A stretch of 60,115 bases of DNA, filler included, from Dugesia japonica (Eukaryota): assembly GCA_001938525.1 (NCBI GenBank). It is 6 parts of 6 records of this genome, joined end to end, with 100 filler letters (N's around TTAATTAATTAA, not from the genome) between each part and the next. Parts side by side here need not be neighbours in the genome. Positions count along the whole stretch, not along the records: positions 19,188 to 29,087 come from MQRL01643793.1; positions 29,188 to 42,070 come from MQRL01581690.1; 4 more parts are not named here. One strand, 5' to 3'. The position numbers and the translations under genes are program-made. Shown piece by piece: positions 24,851 through 39,219 of this stretch. Positions within the stretch are counted from its first letter, which is position 1; every line of letters starts with the position of its first letter. A model generated the notes under the pieces. The model had not been told where the DNA came from. It did not search any database and saw only the letters and a program-made list of their open reading frames with translations.

Positions 24851-25225
24851 CACATTGAGTGCCATTGGAATCACGTATGATTCACTAACGATTTAATCAT
24901 AGGGCTACGTTGCTTCATATTAATATTTACCGTTGTGGATCAGTTTGTCATGAATGTAGAACAGCACAATGAAATGCTAATATGAAATGATCGAGAATAG
25001 CCTAGAAAACAAAAATACTTACTTAGCCAGTGAGAAAATCTTATATAATACACCACAGGCTACCTGTTATATATGGAAATTCCACTTATTTATTATATCT
25101 AGTTTTGGTTAAAAAATAGGGTACTATGTTTTGAGTAAAACAATATTATTAGATTTATTATATATAAACAAAAAAAGAGTGGCTCTTAAAGTAAAAATAT
25201 TTTTAACATTGCAGCACTGAAAGTG
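24851..25225. mobile_element. Putative TTAA-target (piggyBac-like) MITE
   Basis: TTAA|CACATTGAGTGC ... GCACTGAAAGTG|TTAA: imperfect 12-bp TIR with TTAA on both sides and no coding capacity. Confidence 0.5.
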
Positions 25226-25589
25226 TTAAAAATATATCTCATTTTTAGTTTTTGTATTTCAAAACAATGTGNNNNNNNNNNNNNNNNNNNNNNNNNNNNN
25301 NNNNNNNNNNNNNNNNNNNNNNNNNNNNNNNNNNNNNNNNNNNNNNNNNNNNNNNNNNNNNNNNNNNNNNNNNNNNNNNNNNNNNNNNNNNNNNNNNNNN
25401 NNNNNNNNNNNNNNNNNNNNNNNNNNNNNNNNNNNNNNNNNNNNNNNNNNNNNNNNNNNNNNNNNNNNNNNNNNNNNNTTTTTTTTATTTGAAAATAGTT
25501 TTTTGTTTAACAGAAAAGAAATGAGCTGTGTTTTGTTTTGAGTTTCATTTATAATTAAATATTATTGCATTTTATTTCTTTTAATATAT

Positions 25590-26184
25590 TAACAAAAAGA
25601 TAGTTATTGTCATTAAAGATACGGAAGTTTGTATGTGAGCAGACTGGTACTAATGTGGATGCTGAAAGATTTTATACTTCAACTCATACAACCAACTTTG
25701 CGTTATTTTTGCAACATGTGGCTGGGAATTTTCAAGAGTAATAGGACAAATTCTATTGATTAATGCTCGACTAATGCTTGATTAAATTGTTCGATTTATC
25801 ATTGATATCTGGAGACGGACATCCACGAACTGTCAGTTCTTCTTCGTGTGTTAATCGTTTGAACCATCATTGCACAGTGCACTCATTTGGAGACATTTAA
25901 TCGAATAATTAAATATTTTGACATTACGAGTAACCTCTACGGCTCATTGACCTAGTTTAAATTAGTATAAATAAATAGAATACCTTTCAATTTTTCCATT
26001 TTTGAATTAGTCAATAAAAATGTGCACTTATCAATTAATATTTAAATAAAGACCAAATAAATATCATTTTAAAGTTTTTAAAATATTATTACTTATTTTA
26101 ATAAATAAATATTATTCGAACTTGAGTTTTTTGAGTTTGATATTAAGTGTTAAAAAATTACATTATTTTCTTACCAACGTAATA
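25590..26184 (-). mobile_element. Internally deleted mariner remnant
   Basis: TIR revcomp TATTACGTTGGTAAGAAAATAATG. Minus-strand FKLGQ*AVEVTRNV, ECTVQ*WFKR and PITLENSQPHVAK. Confidence 0.65.
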
Positions 26185-27464
26185 ATTAAATAATTAAATA
26201 GATAAATAAAGAATAAATGTAATTGAGGAAAAATCTGAGGAATTATTGCGTTGACCAAGAAATATAATATTACAATGTCTTCTTTTAGATATTTCTTGAA
26301 AAATACAGATAAATACACAAAAAGCGTTGAATATCACCAACGCCAACATGATATGATCTTGAATGTTATCTGCTTGTAGTAAAAATAAAAAATTTTGAGA
26401 GTTAAGTTATCTATTTAGTGAGAAAGAAGAATATGAATTGAAATTGAAATTTTTTGCCCCAAACAAATATTGACATTTTTGTTATTTTACCGATTGAAAA
26501 ATTGGAAATTATATTTGAATTAGATGATGAATTAATGAAAAGTAAATGAACATATTTAATATAAAATAGAAAAGAATTTTTTTTTTAATTATGTAAGAAA
26601 TTTATTTGGAATAATAAAGAATAATAGAAATTCTAAAAAAATATTTAAATATTGTTTCAGAAATTTATGGTTTTTTATTTAATTATAGTAATTCATAAAA
26701 TTAATTTCTAATTAAAATAATTTTTTGGTAATTATCAATTTATATATATTTATTAAATTATATGTAAAAGCATTTCTTTATTTTTAATGAGTAAATTTGT
26801 TTTTACACAAATCTCAATTTTATGTTACTTTTTTTACTTTACTTTTAAATACAAAATACATAAGCACATTGTTAAATAAATATTTATTCTACATGAATTG
26901 ATTTAGTTGGTTTTGTTAGTAATATCAATTGTTTTCAAACTATCATAATTGATAAATAAATCTTTGTAAACAAAATTAAGAAATTGAAATTTTATTCCAG
27001 AAAAACAAATTTGCTTTTACTATTTATCATAAATACCAAATCATTTAAAATACTTGACAACAATCAAATAAACATTCTTTATAAACAATCGTTTTATTGA
27101 AATCAATCGATTTTGAACTTTGAGATTTTTTGATATTAAATACAATATGCTAAAATTTAGTTATCGGTTTAATTAATATTTGTAAATTGAAAATTATTTA
27201 GTCTAATTTATTTAGTTCAGTGTTACTTATGGTACACCAAACTTGTTTCCAGAATCCTACAGAACAGCAAAAGCAAAAATATATAAAACATTAAAGCTTT
27301 TAATTTTAATAAGCAGAAATCACATTTACATATAACTTTGCCTATAATTAAATTAATAGAAAATTAAAATTTGCATTAAAATTTTAATTTTTATAAATTT
27401 TACACACAATAAGTATTTCCAAAGTTTTACAATAAAGTTATAAAAAAAACAGTTTATTATAGTG

Positions 27465-27761
27465 CAGCGGTTAACAACCTGTGGGTCACCTGAACCTTCT
27501 GCAAATTCATTTTGTTTAAATATTTACAAAAAAATAACAAATTGTTATGTTGATAAATTATTTTGATTCCATTATGTAAAATATGTAACTGAAAACATAG
27601 TGCCTATAAAATTGACTGGTTTTTTAGAAATAAAATACATAATAGTTATCTGCAACAATGTGGTGAAGGACGAGCAACCCAATTAATTTTATCGTAGGGG
27701 TCGCCACAACTTGGGAAATGGTATCAAGGGGTCACAGAACCAGAAAGGTTGGGAACCGCTG
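27465..27761 (+). mobile_element. hAT-Charlie (SPIN/URR1-like) non-autonomous element, 297 bp
   Basis: TIRs CAGCGGTTAACAACCT and AGGTTGGGAACCGCTG; perfect 8-bp TSD TTATAGTG (27457-27464, 27762-27769). Confidence 0.9.
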
Positions 27762-28841
27762 TTATAGTGTTTCATCATAGTATTTTTAGTAATCTAATTT
27801 TATTTAATTTTAAAATTTTAAAAATCGAAATTGAAAATCTCAAAAATTTAATAATTTACTCGGTAATTAATCTATCTTTAGAATATGACTANNNNNNNNN
27901 NNNNNNNNNNNNNNNNNNNNNNNNNNNNNNNNNNNNNNNNNNNNNNNNNNNNNNNNNNNNNNNNNNNNNNNNNNNNNNNNNNNNNNNNNNNNNNNNNNNN
28001 NNNNNNNNNNNNNNNNNNNNNNNNNNNNNNNNNNCAGTTATTGATCGACATTTTAGAAAATTGTTTCTTGTATAAATTCATAGTATTGATTACATATAAT
28101 TAAAACGACTGTTTATTAGAAAAATATATATTTAAAACAAACATTTAAATGAAATCATTTCGTTACAATTTAAAATTAATAATTTTCCTACCGGAAAAAT
28201 TTTCTAAAAATTATATGAAGAGTTTCTTCTGGTTAATTTATCTGATTTAATAAACATAAAAATCAATCATTTAAATTTAACAATCATTTTCAATTATTAA
28301 TATTTTTAAAAATTTCTATATAGCAAAATTCATTTTTAAAATATTGATTTTCAATAATATTTATTTTAATGTATTTATAAAATATTTCAGTTTCAACTTT
28401 TGTAATTTTTACTTGTATTTAATTTTAGATTTTTATTTTCGATTTTTAGAATTTTTGTAATCATCAACTTTATTAAATTTTTAATAATATTTATTTTAAT
28501 TAATTATTTTATTTTAATTGATTATGAAATTAATTAAATTTAACTTTTTATTTTCATTTATTGACAAGTAATAAATTTAAATACACAATAGAAGGAATTA
28601 TTCGTCTACTATTTTTTATAATTACTTTAAATGAAATATATTATTCAAGTTTCAGAATATAATTTGTTGTTTTTATCTGTCCCACTACTGCTAACATCGA
28701 CATTTATTAGCATTCAATTTTTAGATAAGAGTTAAAGAAATCTCAAAAGGTGAGTTGTATTCTAGAGGGAAATATTTTAGAAAATAATAATGAAGCAGTA
28801 ATAGACTAAAGATTTCAATTATTAAATATCATTTATTATTA

Positions 28842-29087
28842 TTAGGTTGGCAAGAAAGTAATATCGTTTTTGTATGCATTATAAATGGATTGTTTCTTTA
28901 TCAAGATGTTATCAACATCAAGTATCTCGTATCGTTTGTTTAAACTATATGCCTGACACTTGAATATTATTACAGATATTATGGATCTTTTTTTACACAT
29001 CTATTATGTTTAGATCCAAATATGTGACTAAAACCATTTGCGACACTGTATGTTATAGAAATTCTAGAAAGGTAGCAACGCAACTTT
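28842..29087 (+). mobile_element. 5' end of a mariner element cut by the linker
   Basis: TIR TTAGGTTGGCAAGAAAGTAAT; N-terminal HLRHCML*KF*KGSNAT. Confidence 0.75.
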
Positions 29088-29187
29088 NNNNNNNNNNNNN
29101 NNNNNNNNNNNNNNNNNNNNNNNNNNNNNNNTTAATTAATTAANNNNNNNNNNNNNNNNNNNNNNNNNNNNNNNNNNNNNNNNNNNN

Positions 29188-29640
29188 ATTTTAAATTACA
29201 AAATCTAACTGGCGACCATGTAGAAGTTAGTGCCATTACTAGGCAAAAGAAAGAATAGCGACAAAAGATTTTTTTAAATCTTCTACGAGCTACGCAAGAA
29301 ATGCTAATTCTGAAGCCTACATTCTTTGATGGTTCTTCAGACACTGCAGAAGATTGAATGCAAACCACTAANNNNNNNNNNNNNNNNNNNNNNNNNNNNN
29401 NNNNNNNNNNNNNNNNNNNNNNNNNNNNNNNNNNNCCAAGGAATTGTGGCAAGAAACGAACGCAAACGAGGATTTCAATTCAAATGAAAAGTGCGAAACT
29501 TGGTTTCTATCAACATTTATTAATGATAAATCTTTGGTTGATAAAATTACAGATCTATCATCAGTTAAACAAAGAATTGATGAAAAATTTGTTTACTTTT
29601 AAAATCGTATTTGGTCGATTAATAGATCTACATATGTAAG
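29188..29640 (+). pseudogene. Possible decayed Gypsy gag N-terminus
   Basis: LKPTFFDGSSDTAED*M resembles the PxxFxG....xxW capsid start; interrupted by N runs. Confidence 0.3.
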
Positions 29641-29918
29641 ANNNNNNNNNNNNNNNNNNNNNNNNNNNNNNNNNNNNNNNNNNNNNNNNNNNNNNNNNNN
29701 NNNNNNNNNNNNNNNNNNNNNNNNNNNNNNNNNNNNNNNNNNNNNNNNNNNNNNNNNNNNNNNNNNNNNNNNNNNNNNNNNNNNNNNNNNNNNNNNNNNN
29801 NNNNNNNAATATCAAATTAATAGATTTGTAATACAACAAATTGCCCAAAATTTTTCAATGTTTGAAGTTCAGGAAGTTTTTAACTTTGATCACATTTTCT
29901 AAATTTGGTTGATAAAAT

Positions 29919-31229
29919 GGTGCAGTCATAATTCTCAGAAACTTTTATTCTCAAAATTTTTGTTCTCCAAAAACCCGAATTTTCAAAATTTTTATTCTAC
30001 GAAATATATTTTCTTCAAAATCTATATTCTCCAAAAATTGAGTTTTCAAAGGATGTCAATTTATTATATAAAATAATTTTAAACTTTATACTGTTTTATA
30101 ACCTAAAAATTCACACTTACTAACTGTTACAATTATTTTAAAAAAATATTCGTGTTAATTTGTTTTAAAAATAAATTTTTACCTTTAAATTATGATGGAA
30201 CGGCAATCAGTTACCCCAAAACAACAGCAAGGTACCCAAATACCGCAACCTTGTACCTTAAAACAGCATGTAACTTTAATTGAATGTATACTCAGTAAAA
30301 AAAATATCAGAATACCTAAGATATGTTTTCCATACAATATGATAGGTGGTTATAAAGATTTAACATATTGGCAGTGTCAGCATTTTACTTGTAAAGCAGT
30401 ACTACATACAAGAGCTGAAAATTTTAAATCAATTAGTTTTGTTACTTACATTAAATATTGGGCTTTAAGTATGTTAAATCAATAAGACTCCATATGGCAC
30501 TCCATGGCTTCAAAGTTAAATGTAGATATTATTTAAAATATTGATTTATAAATAAAATAGAATAAATACATACCACAGTCTAATTAGTTATTATGAAATT
30601 CTATGAAAAAATATTTAAAAGANNNNNNNNNNNNNNNNNNNNNNNNNNNNNNNNNNNNNNNNNNNNNNNNNNNNNNNNNNNNNNNNNNNNNNNNNNNNNN
30701 NNNNNNNNNNNNNNNNNNNNNNNNNNNNNNNNNNNNNNNNNNNNNNNNNNNNNNNNNNNNNNNNNNNNNNNNNNNNNNNNNNNNNNNNNNNNNNNNNNNT
30801 TTCCGAATGTAAGCAAACTGAAGTATACTTCTAGTACATGTACATATGTAAATGATAAAATATGTAATATGCAAAAGATTATGCGATTTTGAAAATTTTA
30901 ATTATCAAAAAAGCCCAATATCAAAACTAATTTCATTCAAGCATTTGGAGAAATATTACCGGTATTTTCGGTTATACAATTTGCCAGTAAAACCAGTTTA
31001 TCGGTAAATCGTTTACCGGTAATGCAACCACTAGTTAAAGCTCAAATGTAGTTTATGCTTATTTTTTTTCAAATCATCATTTTTGGAGAATAAAGATTTT
31101 GAAGAAAATATATTTTGTAGAATAACATTTTGTAAAATCGAGTTTTTGTAGAAAAAAATTTTTAAAAATAAAAATTTGGGNNNAAAAAAAAATCCTGAGA
31201 ATAAAAATTTTTGAGAATCGTAAAAACAC
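29919..31229 (+). mobile_element. MULE/Mutator-like non-autonomous element with long TIRs and a FLYWCH remnant
   Basis: 9-bp TSD TGATAAAAT (29910-29918, 31230-31238); >100-bp sub-repeated inverted repeats (about 29920-30045 and 31075-31229); internal YWQCQHFTCKAVLHT. Confidence 0.75.
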
Positions 31230-32379
31230 TGATAAAATACATGGCAAATATAAACTTCTGATTATTTTGTCTATTTGGATTTTAAAAAATTTCTTTAAAT
31301 TTGATAACTGTAATCATTAAAAAACTATTTCATGATCCGTGTTAAATTTTTAATCATACGTCAGATTAATAATTTATAATTGGGACAGGAATAAAAGTGA
31401 GTTACCTGAAAAATTTAGATTTTAATTAATATCCTCAGTAAAACCTTATTTTATTGGTTGATGTTTTCCGGTCATTGTGTTGTTTCGTAGATGTGATCGA
31501 CAATGTTTTCGTGTGTTGATATACAAAATCAGAATATTTTTTAATATTCCATTTACAATAATTAGTAAGAATTCTTTATATTGTATGGGATTTCACTAAT
31601 TATTATTATATAATGAAAATATTGTTGCTGTAGACAGTTGAATTGTCCACACGAGTATGTCTGGAAGTGCAAGAGCAGATTGTTAAGGGTTGGAGTCGTT
31701 TAAGACTTTTAAAATATTATCGTCCATATTAGGTAGTAAACCCTGAACAACCATTGCCTTGAATACTTCTGTTTCCAGAACTAACGATGAGTATTTTGTT
31801 TGCAGATTAAATTCTTCTCACACGCTTGGTAAATATTATTTGTCTCCTCTGATATATTTCTTTATAATTTTGCAATAGAATATTCAAATTTTTGAAATAG
31901 TCATGGTTTTGTTAAACAGATTTTGTATTCAAACAAGGTTTAAACAATAAAACAAAGTTTTAGACTAACAAGTGTTTTGATATGGTTTTATTTATTTAAA
32001 TATAAATCCCATTTCTATAATTTATTAAGCTTTTTAGTCTCAAAGTTGACGCATGTAAGAGCGACAATACTTTTCCCTCAATCTAATTTCAAAAACAACT
32101 AAACATATTTCAAATTTTTAACATTTTAAAAATTATTTTAAAAGAGATTTAAAAGGTTTATTGTTGAAGATGGATTTAATTACAAAACAATAGCTAATAA
32201 AAATTAGTAAAAATAATTTTGTTTAAAGAAATNATTNTATCTATGTTATTTTATTTTACAAAATTATCGTTTAATTTTGTAAAAGTTAAATCAAAAGTCA
32301 AATTTATTCAATAAGTTCAAAATATAACTAAATATTAAACCATAATATTTAAACAAATATTTAGTGTTTAAAAATATTC

Positions 32380-35040
32380 AACTTCTCCTCTTGCTAGAAT
32401 CAGCATCTCTTTAATCATTCGATTATTCTAAATCTGGAACCTTATGGAATTTCTAACTTAACTTAGTGAGGTGTTAGAAATTCAGTAATTTTATAAGGAC
32501 TTTCATCGAGTAAATCATTCTTCTTTCGTTTTAGAAGGTCTTTCCTTACTAGCACGACTTCACCTATTTCGAATTCGCGACTAACACAGTTATTTTCTTG
32601 ATTTATCATTGTCTGCGATGCTCGTTTAATATTATCGTAAGTTTGTTTAAAATTTCATCCTNNNNNNNNNNNNNNNNNNNNNNNNNNNNNNNNNNNNNNN
32701 NNNNNNNNNNNNNNNNNNNNNNNNNNNNNNNNNNNNNNNNNNNNNNNNNNNNNNNNNNNNNNNNNNNNNNNNNNNNNNNNNNNNNNNNNNNNNNNNNNNN
32801 NNNNNNNNNNNNNNNNNNNNNNNNNNNNNNNNNNNNNNNNNNNNNNNNNNNNATTAAGCTTATCCATTAGATTTATGTTCATATGGAAATGTAAAGATCC
32901 ATGAAATATTAAGCTTGCTAGCTAGATTTTGTAATAATTTCACTTCAAATACTTTACCACGGCCTGACACGATTTTCTGTTGTTTTCCAAATTTATAAAT
33001 CCAGTGGTTTAATACAGTGCCTTTTACAGCGGTTTCATTTTGGTTGTTGTAGCAAGATTAATCATTTTACTAAATTGATGAATGATAACAATCATATATC
33101 TTTTATTTGATCGACCAATATCCATATATGCTTTATCAATAACGATTTGTTTCACAGGATTACTAATTTTGCTATACTATATTTAAACTCAAAATCATAT
33201 TCTGCCAATTCAGTATCCAGGTTTGAAATTGTTGCGTAAACAGTTTATGTGAATGCTTAATAAATTCCAAGGCCTTGTGATCGGTTCGTGCTACAAATCT
33301 TTTCCCAAATAAATAATGACGAAAATGCCAGATGAATTCATATAACGCCAGTAATTCTTTACAAAAATAAAAATTCACTTTGATATAGTTTACATTTATT
33401 TGGATTGATTTTGAGACCAGAATTCTGGATTCTTTGAAATACATTTTCAATTATTTTATTATGTTCTGATCCACATTTTGCAAATATTAAAATGTCGTCA
33501 ATATATACAGCTACACTTTTAAATAAAATCCCATCCAAAATTGTTTGCAATAATTTCTGAAATGTAGCTGGATCAGTTGAGGACCCAAATGCATATGATT
33601 GCAGCAATATTGTCCATTCTTTTTTGAAATGCTGTTTTAATCTTATTATCTTCGTTTAATTCTACTTGATAATGAGCTTATCCCGCATCCAAAGATGAAA
33701 ATATTGTACAATTACAAAGGTGATCAAACAAAGTTTGTGGATCTGGCATCGACAATGAAAACATTTTTGTAGAATTATCCAACGTTCTAAAGTCTTGGCA
33801 CATTCTGATCGCGCAATTTTTTTTACCTACAATTATCATCGGAAAATTTCAAGCACTTCTGCATTCTTTGATGATATTGCTTTCCATCAGTTGCTCAATC
33901 AATCCATCAATCTTCTGTTCAAGATGTATTGGTTGACGTCGAGGTTGTTNNNNNNNNNNNNNNNNNNNNNNNNNNNNNNNNNNNNNNNNNNNNNNNNNNN
34001 NNNNNAAGTATCTGCTATAAATATATTTGAAAACTTTAGAAGCATTTCTTTTAAATCATTGTTCTCGGTTTAAAAACTGCTAATGCTGCCTTAAAACTAT
34101 CATTTTCAGTAAATTTGCTGTTAATGTTCTCTGAATCCAAAATATTAACGCATTTTTAATTAAATATTTAATGTATTAAACATATCAATTCCACCAATAA
34201 ATTTTGGATTTATTCCATCAACAATCACAATGTAAATAATTCTCTTCACATTTCTAAATTCTATTTTAATTTTTCCAATTTTTGAACAATTCGCTGCTTC
34301 TTTTAAAAATGCACCACTAAATTTAATATTGCATCTATCCAAGGGGAAACATCCACACTCTCTTCATAACTTTGTATGCATCCCTGATATTGAAGCACCT
34401 GTATCTCACAACATTTTGACCATTTTACTTCTAACTTTGACCATACTCCAAATTCATATATCATTCTTCTCATACATATCACAATTCCAATTTCAGTTTT
34501 TATTGTATTGACTCCACCGACGAAACTAAAACAATGGAGTCTCTTTCGTTTAAATAGCTAACATCTTTATTTCTTTCATCCACATTATCATCTTCTTCTG
34601 AAATGCATTTCACGCAATTATTGTTGTGATATATCTGATTTTTGAATAATCACTAGTTTCTTCAGCTGTGACCCATTTTACCACAAATTAGGCAACATGA
34701 TTTAAGAGGATAGTTATTACGTATGTGACCCATAAGACCACAGCAAAGACATAAGCCTTTTTTTAATTTTGTGGAGGGAGCTCTTTTGATCTATTGTACA
34801 ATTTCCTTGTAATAAACTTCATGGAAACTGTTGGCATATTTTTATATTGACATTATCTGTTGTTTTTGGAATCATTTAATTCTTCAGCAATTGGAATTAA
34901 TCTTTCAATTTCATTATTCCTGGGTTTATGATAGCTAGAACCTTTTAAATCAATTTTCTTAATTTTTGGTCTGTAACCTGCTGCTGCCACTTTTGAGTAA
35001 GTTAGCTTATTTATCCGTGACTTACCAAAAATTTCATCAG
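32380..35040 (-). mobile_element. Decayed, internally deleted Ty3/Gypsy element (NC, PR, RT, RH, IN pieces)
   Basis: Minus-strand order: CLCCGLMGH and CLICGKMGH knuckles (~34750), ML*DTGAS (~34400), VYIDD (33359..33607), ELLA..RTDHKAL (33172..33450), and a purine tract AAGAGGAGAAG near 32385. Confidence 0.85.
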
Positions 35041-35279
35041 AAAGTATATGAAAGTGATTTCAAAAGGAAGTAGCCAAAATACAGAGCTCCACCAATAGAG
35101 GAGATGATTGGAGTCATCTAATGATAAATGAATTGATTGATTATCCTCAAATAGTCGAAAAGTGGAATGATATCGGAAAAATTACTTTGGTAGTATGTAG
35201 ATTCTAAAGAAGGAAAATTTTAAGTATAAAAATAAAATGGATTAGAACAATTGAAGCAGAACAGAAAACGAATACTTCG

Positions 35280-37050
35280 TACAATGCATTGCAAGACAGA
35301 CCATGCGTTACGGTATCAATACAAGAGCATAACTTTGGATGTCTTTTAGATAGAAGAGCTGAAATTAACGTTATTAGTTTCATTTGTTTTACTAAATTAT
35401 GAGAAATACATTTAGAAATGAGCAAACAAATTTTGAGGTATGGAAACATTTGCACACTTGAAATTATTGGGAAAGTTGGAACTGGAGTGACAATTGATGA
35501 AGTTTGAAAAGAGTTTATTTTCTTAGGGCAGAAAGAGTGGCACCAGATCTGACTTGTAGAAGACTTTTTGATATCAGCTTTTATGAAATGTGTACAATAA
35601 AACTGATGAAAAAGTTGACAATTTCATTTTTAATATTGAAGCTAAATCTAGGAGACAAATTAAAAATGAGAGCAATAAATAGTCTTAAGATTAAAGACGA
35701 TCAAAGGCTAATGAAAATGGTAAAAAATATTAAAAGATATTTTCATAGCAGATAAATGAGATTTAAGACGTACAAATATAACAAAACACAAGATAGTTAC
35801 AAGTGATGAATCGTTCCACGTAAACTCATAAAAACAACCAATGAACTTAGAAGTTAAAATTGAAGAGGGCATCCAAAACATGTTTGAGAGTAATATTATC
35901 CAGAAAACGACACACTGCGGAATACTCTACTAATTTGTGTTTGGAAAAAGAACAAAAAGAACATAAATATATGCCTGAATTTCAGACAATGGAATACAGA
36001 AACAAAAAAACGCTTTTCAAATGCCTAACGTTGATTAAATACTGGTTAAATTTATAATGATTTATTAAAATATCTCAACTCGTTTAATTTGGAAAATTCT
36101 TATTATCAAGTAAAACTTGTAGAGAAATCCAAAAAAGGGTTTTCAACGAAGCACGGGAAATTTGTTTTTCATAGGAATACTATTTGGCATAATAGTAACA
36201 CCGGATGCATTTCATGAGATGATAGCAAAAGTGGTAGGCGGTTTAAATGAAAACATGGTATATCTAGATGACAGTCTCGTATTTACTAACAAAAAAGATC
36301 AATACTATAAAGTAATTAATAAAGTATTAACCGAATGATAGAATTTTGATTAAGAGCAACCCTGGAAAGTGTCAGTTTCATCAACGCAAAGTTAAAGTTT
36401 TTGGACAAATAATTAGCAGAGATGGTGCTCAAACTTATCTATCGAAAATAGAAGCAATGAGAACATTTGGCAAACCTAACTACGTCACAAAGCTACAAAG
36501 ATTCTAAGGAATTTATAATTACTATAAAAAGTAGAAAGTTTATAGAAAACTGCACCAAAAAATTAGGGATCTTAGAACAGTTGTATAGAGGATCAAATAA
36601 TGAGAAATTAGAATGCACAGATAAAATAAACTATATTTTTGAGGGTACGAAGGAAGCTTTAATTCTGCTCCAATATTATATTTCCAGATATAAAGAGAGT
36701 TTAAACTAGACATGGACTCCAATTTTGAGTCGACCGGAGTAGCACTGCCACAGAGAGATTAAGAATGAAGAGAAAAGTTATTGCCTATGATTCTCATTCA
36801 GTNNNNNNNNNNNNNNNNTTGGCTGTTTACTATTTCTGCATGCATTTCAAGCATTACTTACTCAGTAGAATATCCACTCTTAGGACACATCATAAAGCTC
36901 TTACTTTCATAATGATGACGATGATACCAATAATTTCACAATTCCAGACATGGATTAATTATCTGAATAACTTGAATATGGTCTAAGAATATTAAAAATC
37001 AATTCAACATGTGAAATTGTGTACGATATCATATGTACTTTAAAAATACC
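35280..37050 (+). mobile_element. Decayed Ty3/Gypsy pol (PR, RT, RNase H), same family as 4655-6608
   Basis: CLLDRRAEINVIS (protease-like) and MVYLDD; the RNase H tract HFKHYLL..RTHHKAL..PIISQFQTWINYL matches the one at 5146-5622. Confidence 0.8.
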
Positions 37051-37997
37051 AAGAGTAAAGATTAAAAAATGAGTATTGAACACAATCGTAAATGAAGATA
37101 ATTAAACATTTCTATAGAAAAAATTGCACTTAAGAAAATATGAATACTGGATAACAAATAATAAGTAATGCAAGAAATTCACAAATAATTGTGTCACGCA
37201 TGAGTTGAAAATGTTTATACATATATGAAAGAAAAATACATTCGAGAAATTTTGTGGAGCCAAATATAAAAAATTATTCGTAAGTAAGTAGAAATTTGCT
37301 CAATGAGTAAGCTCAGAGTTCAGAATAATTGTTCTATACAAAAGTGGTTCAGTATCACTTATCAAATTTTGAGCTTGTGTGTATGACGCCTTATTGGTCA
37401 ATCAGATTGCAGGAAAGTTGTTACTAAAATAATAAGGGAATTTATGTGTATGACCTTGAAATGTGTATCTCATTTCACACCAATGAAACCGTAGGAAAAG
37501 TTATGTGTATGAAATTATTTTAGAAAGAATGAGTCATATTTAATAAACTATGATCCATAATTTAAGGAACAGAATTTATTTATACGTTTTTAGCGAGTTT
37601 AATTTATTGGTTTGAATAAGGTTTAATTTTTAAAATTTTTTGAAAATCTTTTTAAAAGAAATTTGAAAAAATTAAAAGTTAAAAATGAAAAATATTAACC
37701 AATTATAATTGTTTTACAGTTAAAATTATTTCCAGAATAATTGTTGGAAGCAACCATTAAATGTTTTTCAGAATTCATTAAAATAAAAACTTTGATCNNN
37801 NNNNNNNNNNNNNNNNNNNNNNNNNNNNNNNNNNNNNNNNNNNNNNNTCTTCGTCATGAATTGACTTTGACAAAAATTCAACTCCTGACGAAGACTTAGT
37901 CGAAAATCCGAATTATTATCAAAAACAAAAAATTTGATAAAAGCTTTTATTTTAATCAATAATAATTTGTTAAAGTAAATTGATATTTGGTCTAATC

Positions 37998-39219
37998 CAG
38001 GCATGTTTAACCGAAATGAATTTTGGAGCCACATTAGAAAAGGTAAAATAAAAAAGAGCCACTATTTCATAATTCATTAATGTTTTTATAATAAAACTAA
38101 AACATAAAAATAATATGTAACATTAGTTCATTGTTAAAAAACTATACAAATATTAATAACAGAACTAGAAAATTAATAATAATTAATAGAATCAATGGCA
38201 TAGCCAGGAATATATGAAGGAGGGTTTGGGTTTGAGATCTTTCACATACTAGAATATCAGTTGCTAATGCAGCTGCTGCATCAGGTTTAGGTGTATGAAC
38301 ACGTTTGAATTCAAAATAATTCATAATACTATTGCTCTGAAGTTTTTTTAGACATGGTGTTAATAAAATTGTCTTATTATTATTTATTATTATCTGTAAT
38401 AGAAATTTTACTAAAATTGTTTAATTGGTAGTACTTTTTTTAATGAGAATTATGTTTATCCTTTTTTTGATAGTAATTTTAAGTCAATTTCAATTTTTGT
38501 TGTACCCATACGCAGCTGGTTTACCATATGTATATTAAGTAATCTAATACTAGTTTTATTCTTACAAATTTTAATTTTAGGAAAAAAGGATTGGCAAAAA
38601 TAGCACATTATTCGTATTGCATGTCTCTTCAAATTTGGATATTTCGTCTTCGATTTATATTTTCTTTATAAAATTCAAACTTACTATTATCATTATATTT
38701 TGAAAATAATTTTTCTAAATCGTCGTGACATTGCAAATCAACAATTTCCATTTGAAGTTCAGATGGCGCTGTTATGACATCAACAGTAAATGGTGATGAA
38801 AAATTTTCGAAATTTTTCTCATATTTTTTAATTCTTTAATTGGAAAATCGAATTTTTTAGCCGAATTCTCAACATAATGTGCATATATTTTCACATCTTT
38901 ATAAACAACGTAAAAATTATTAAGTTCATGAAAATGTGTAGCATCATTTTCCATTAGTTGGTTTTCTACAAACATAATTTCAACTTAAATACCTTTATAG
39001 CGCAACAAGAGGTGACAATTAATATGTTTTCACCTTGAAGTAAAAGATTCAATTTATTAAAATGTTCACATATATAGACTAAAAAGCAGAAATCAATCAA
39101 ATATTTTTTCTAATGGAGATTATTGAATATTTGTTTTTTGAGCTGAACATAGTCTATATTATGGAAAATTATGGGAGCTGCAGAAAATTATTGGAAGAGC
39201 CGTGAGTTAAGCATGACTG
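37998..39219 (-). mobile_element. hAT-Charlie (GTF2IRD2/SPIN-like) deleted element, 1.2 kb
   Basis: 8-bp TSD GTCTAATC (37990-37997, 39220-39227); TIRs CAGGCATGTTTAAC and revcomp CAGTCATGCTTAAC; minus-strand FSSPFTVDVITAPSELQMEIVDLQC..YPNLKRHAIRI. Confidence 0.88.

Noticed and set aside
25223-32882. ORFs made mostly of X
   Set aside because: They are artefacts of N runs lacking stop codons.
38142-38394. Terminal exon of a GPI/TM-anchored host gene
   Set aside because: It lies inside the TSD-bounded hAT element, where the transposase C-terminus is expected; the hydrophobic tail reflects AT-rich read-through.
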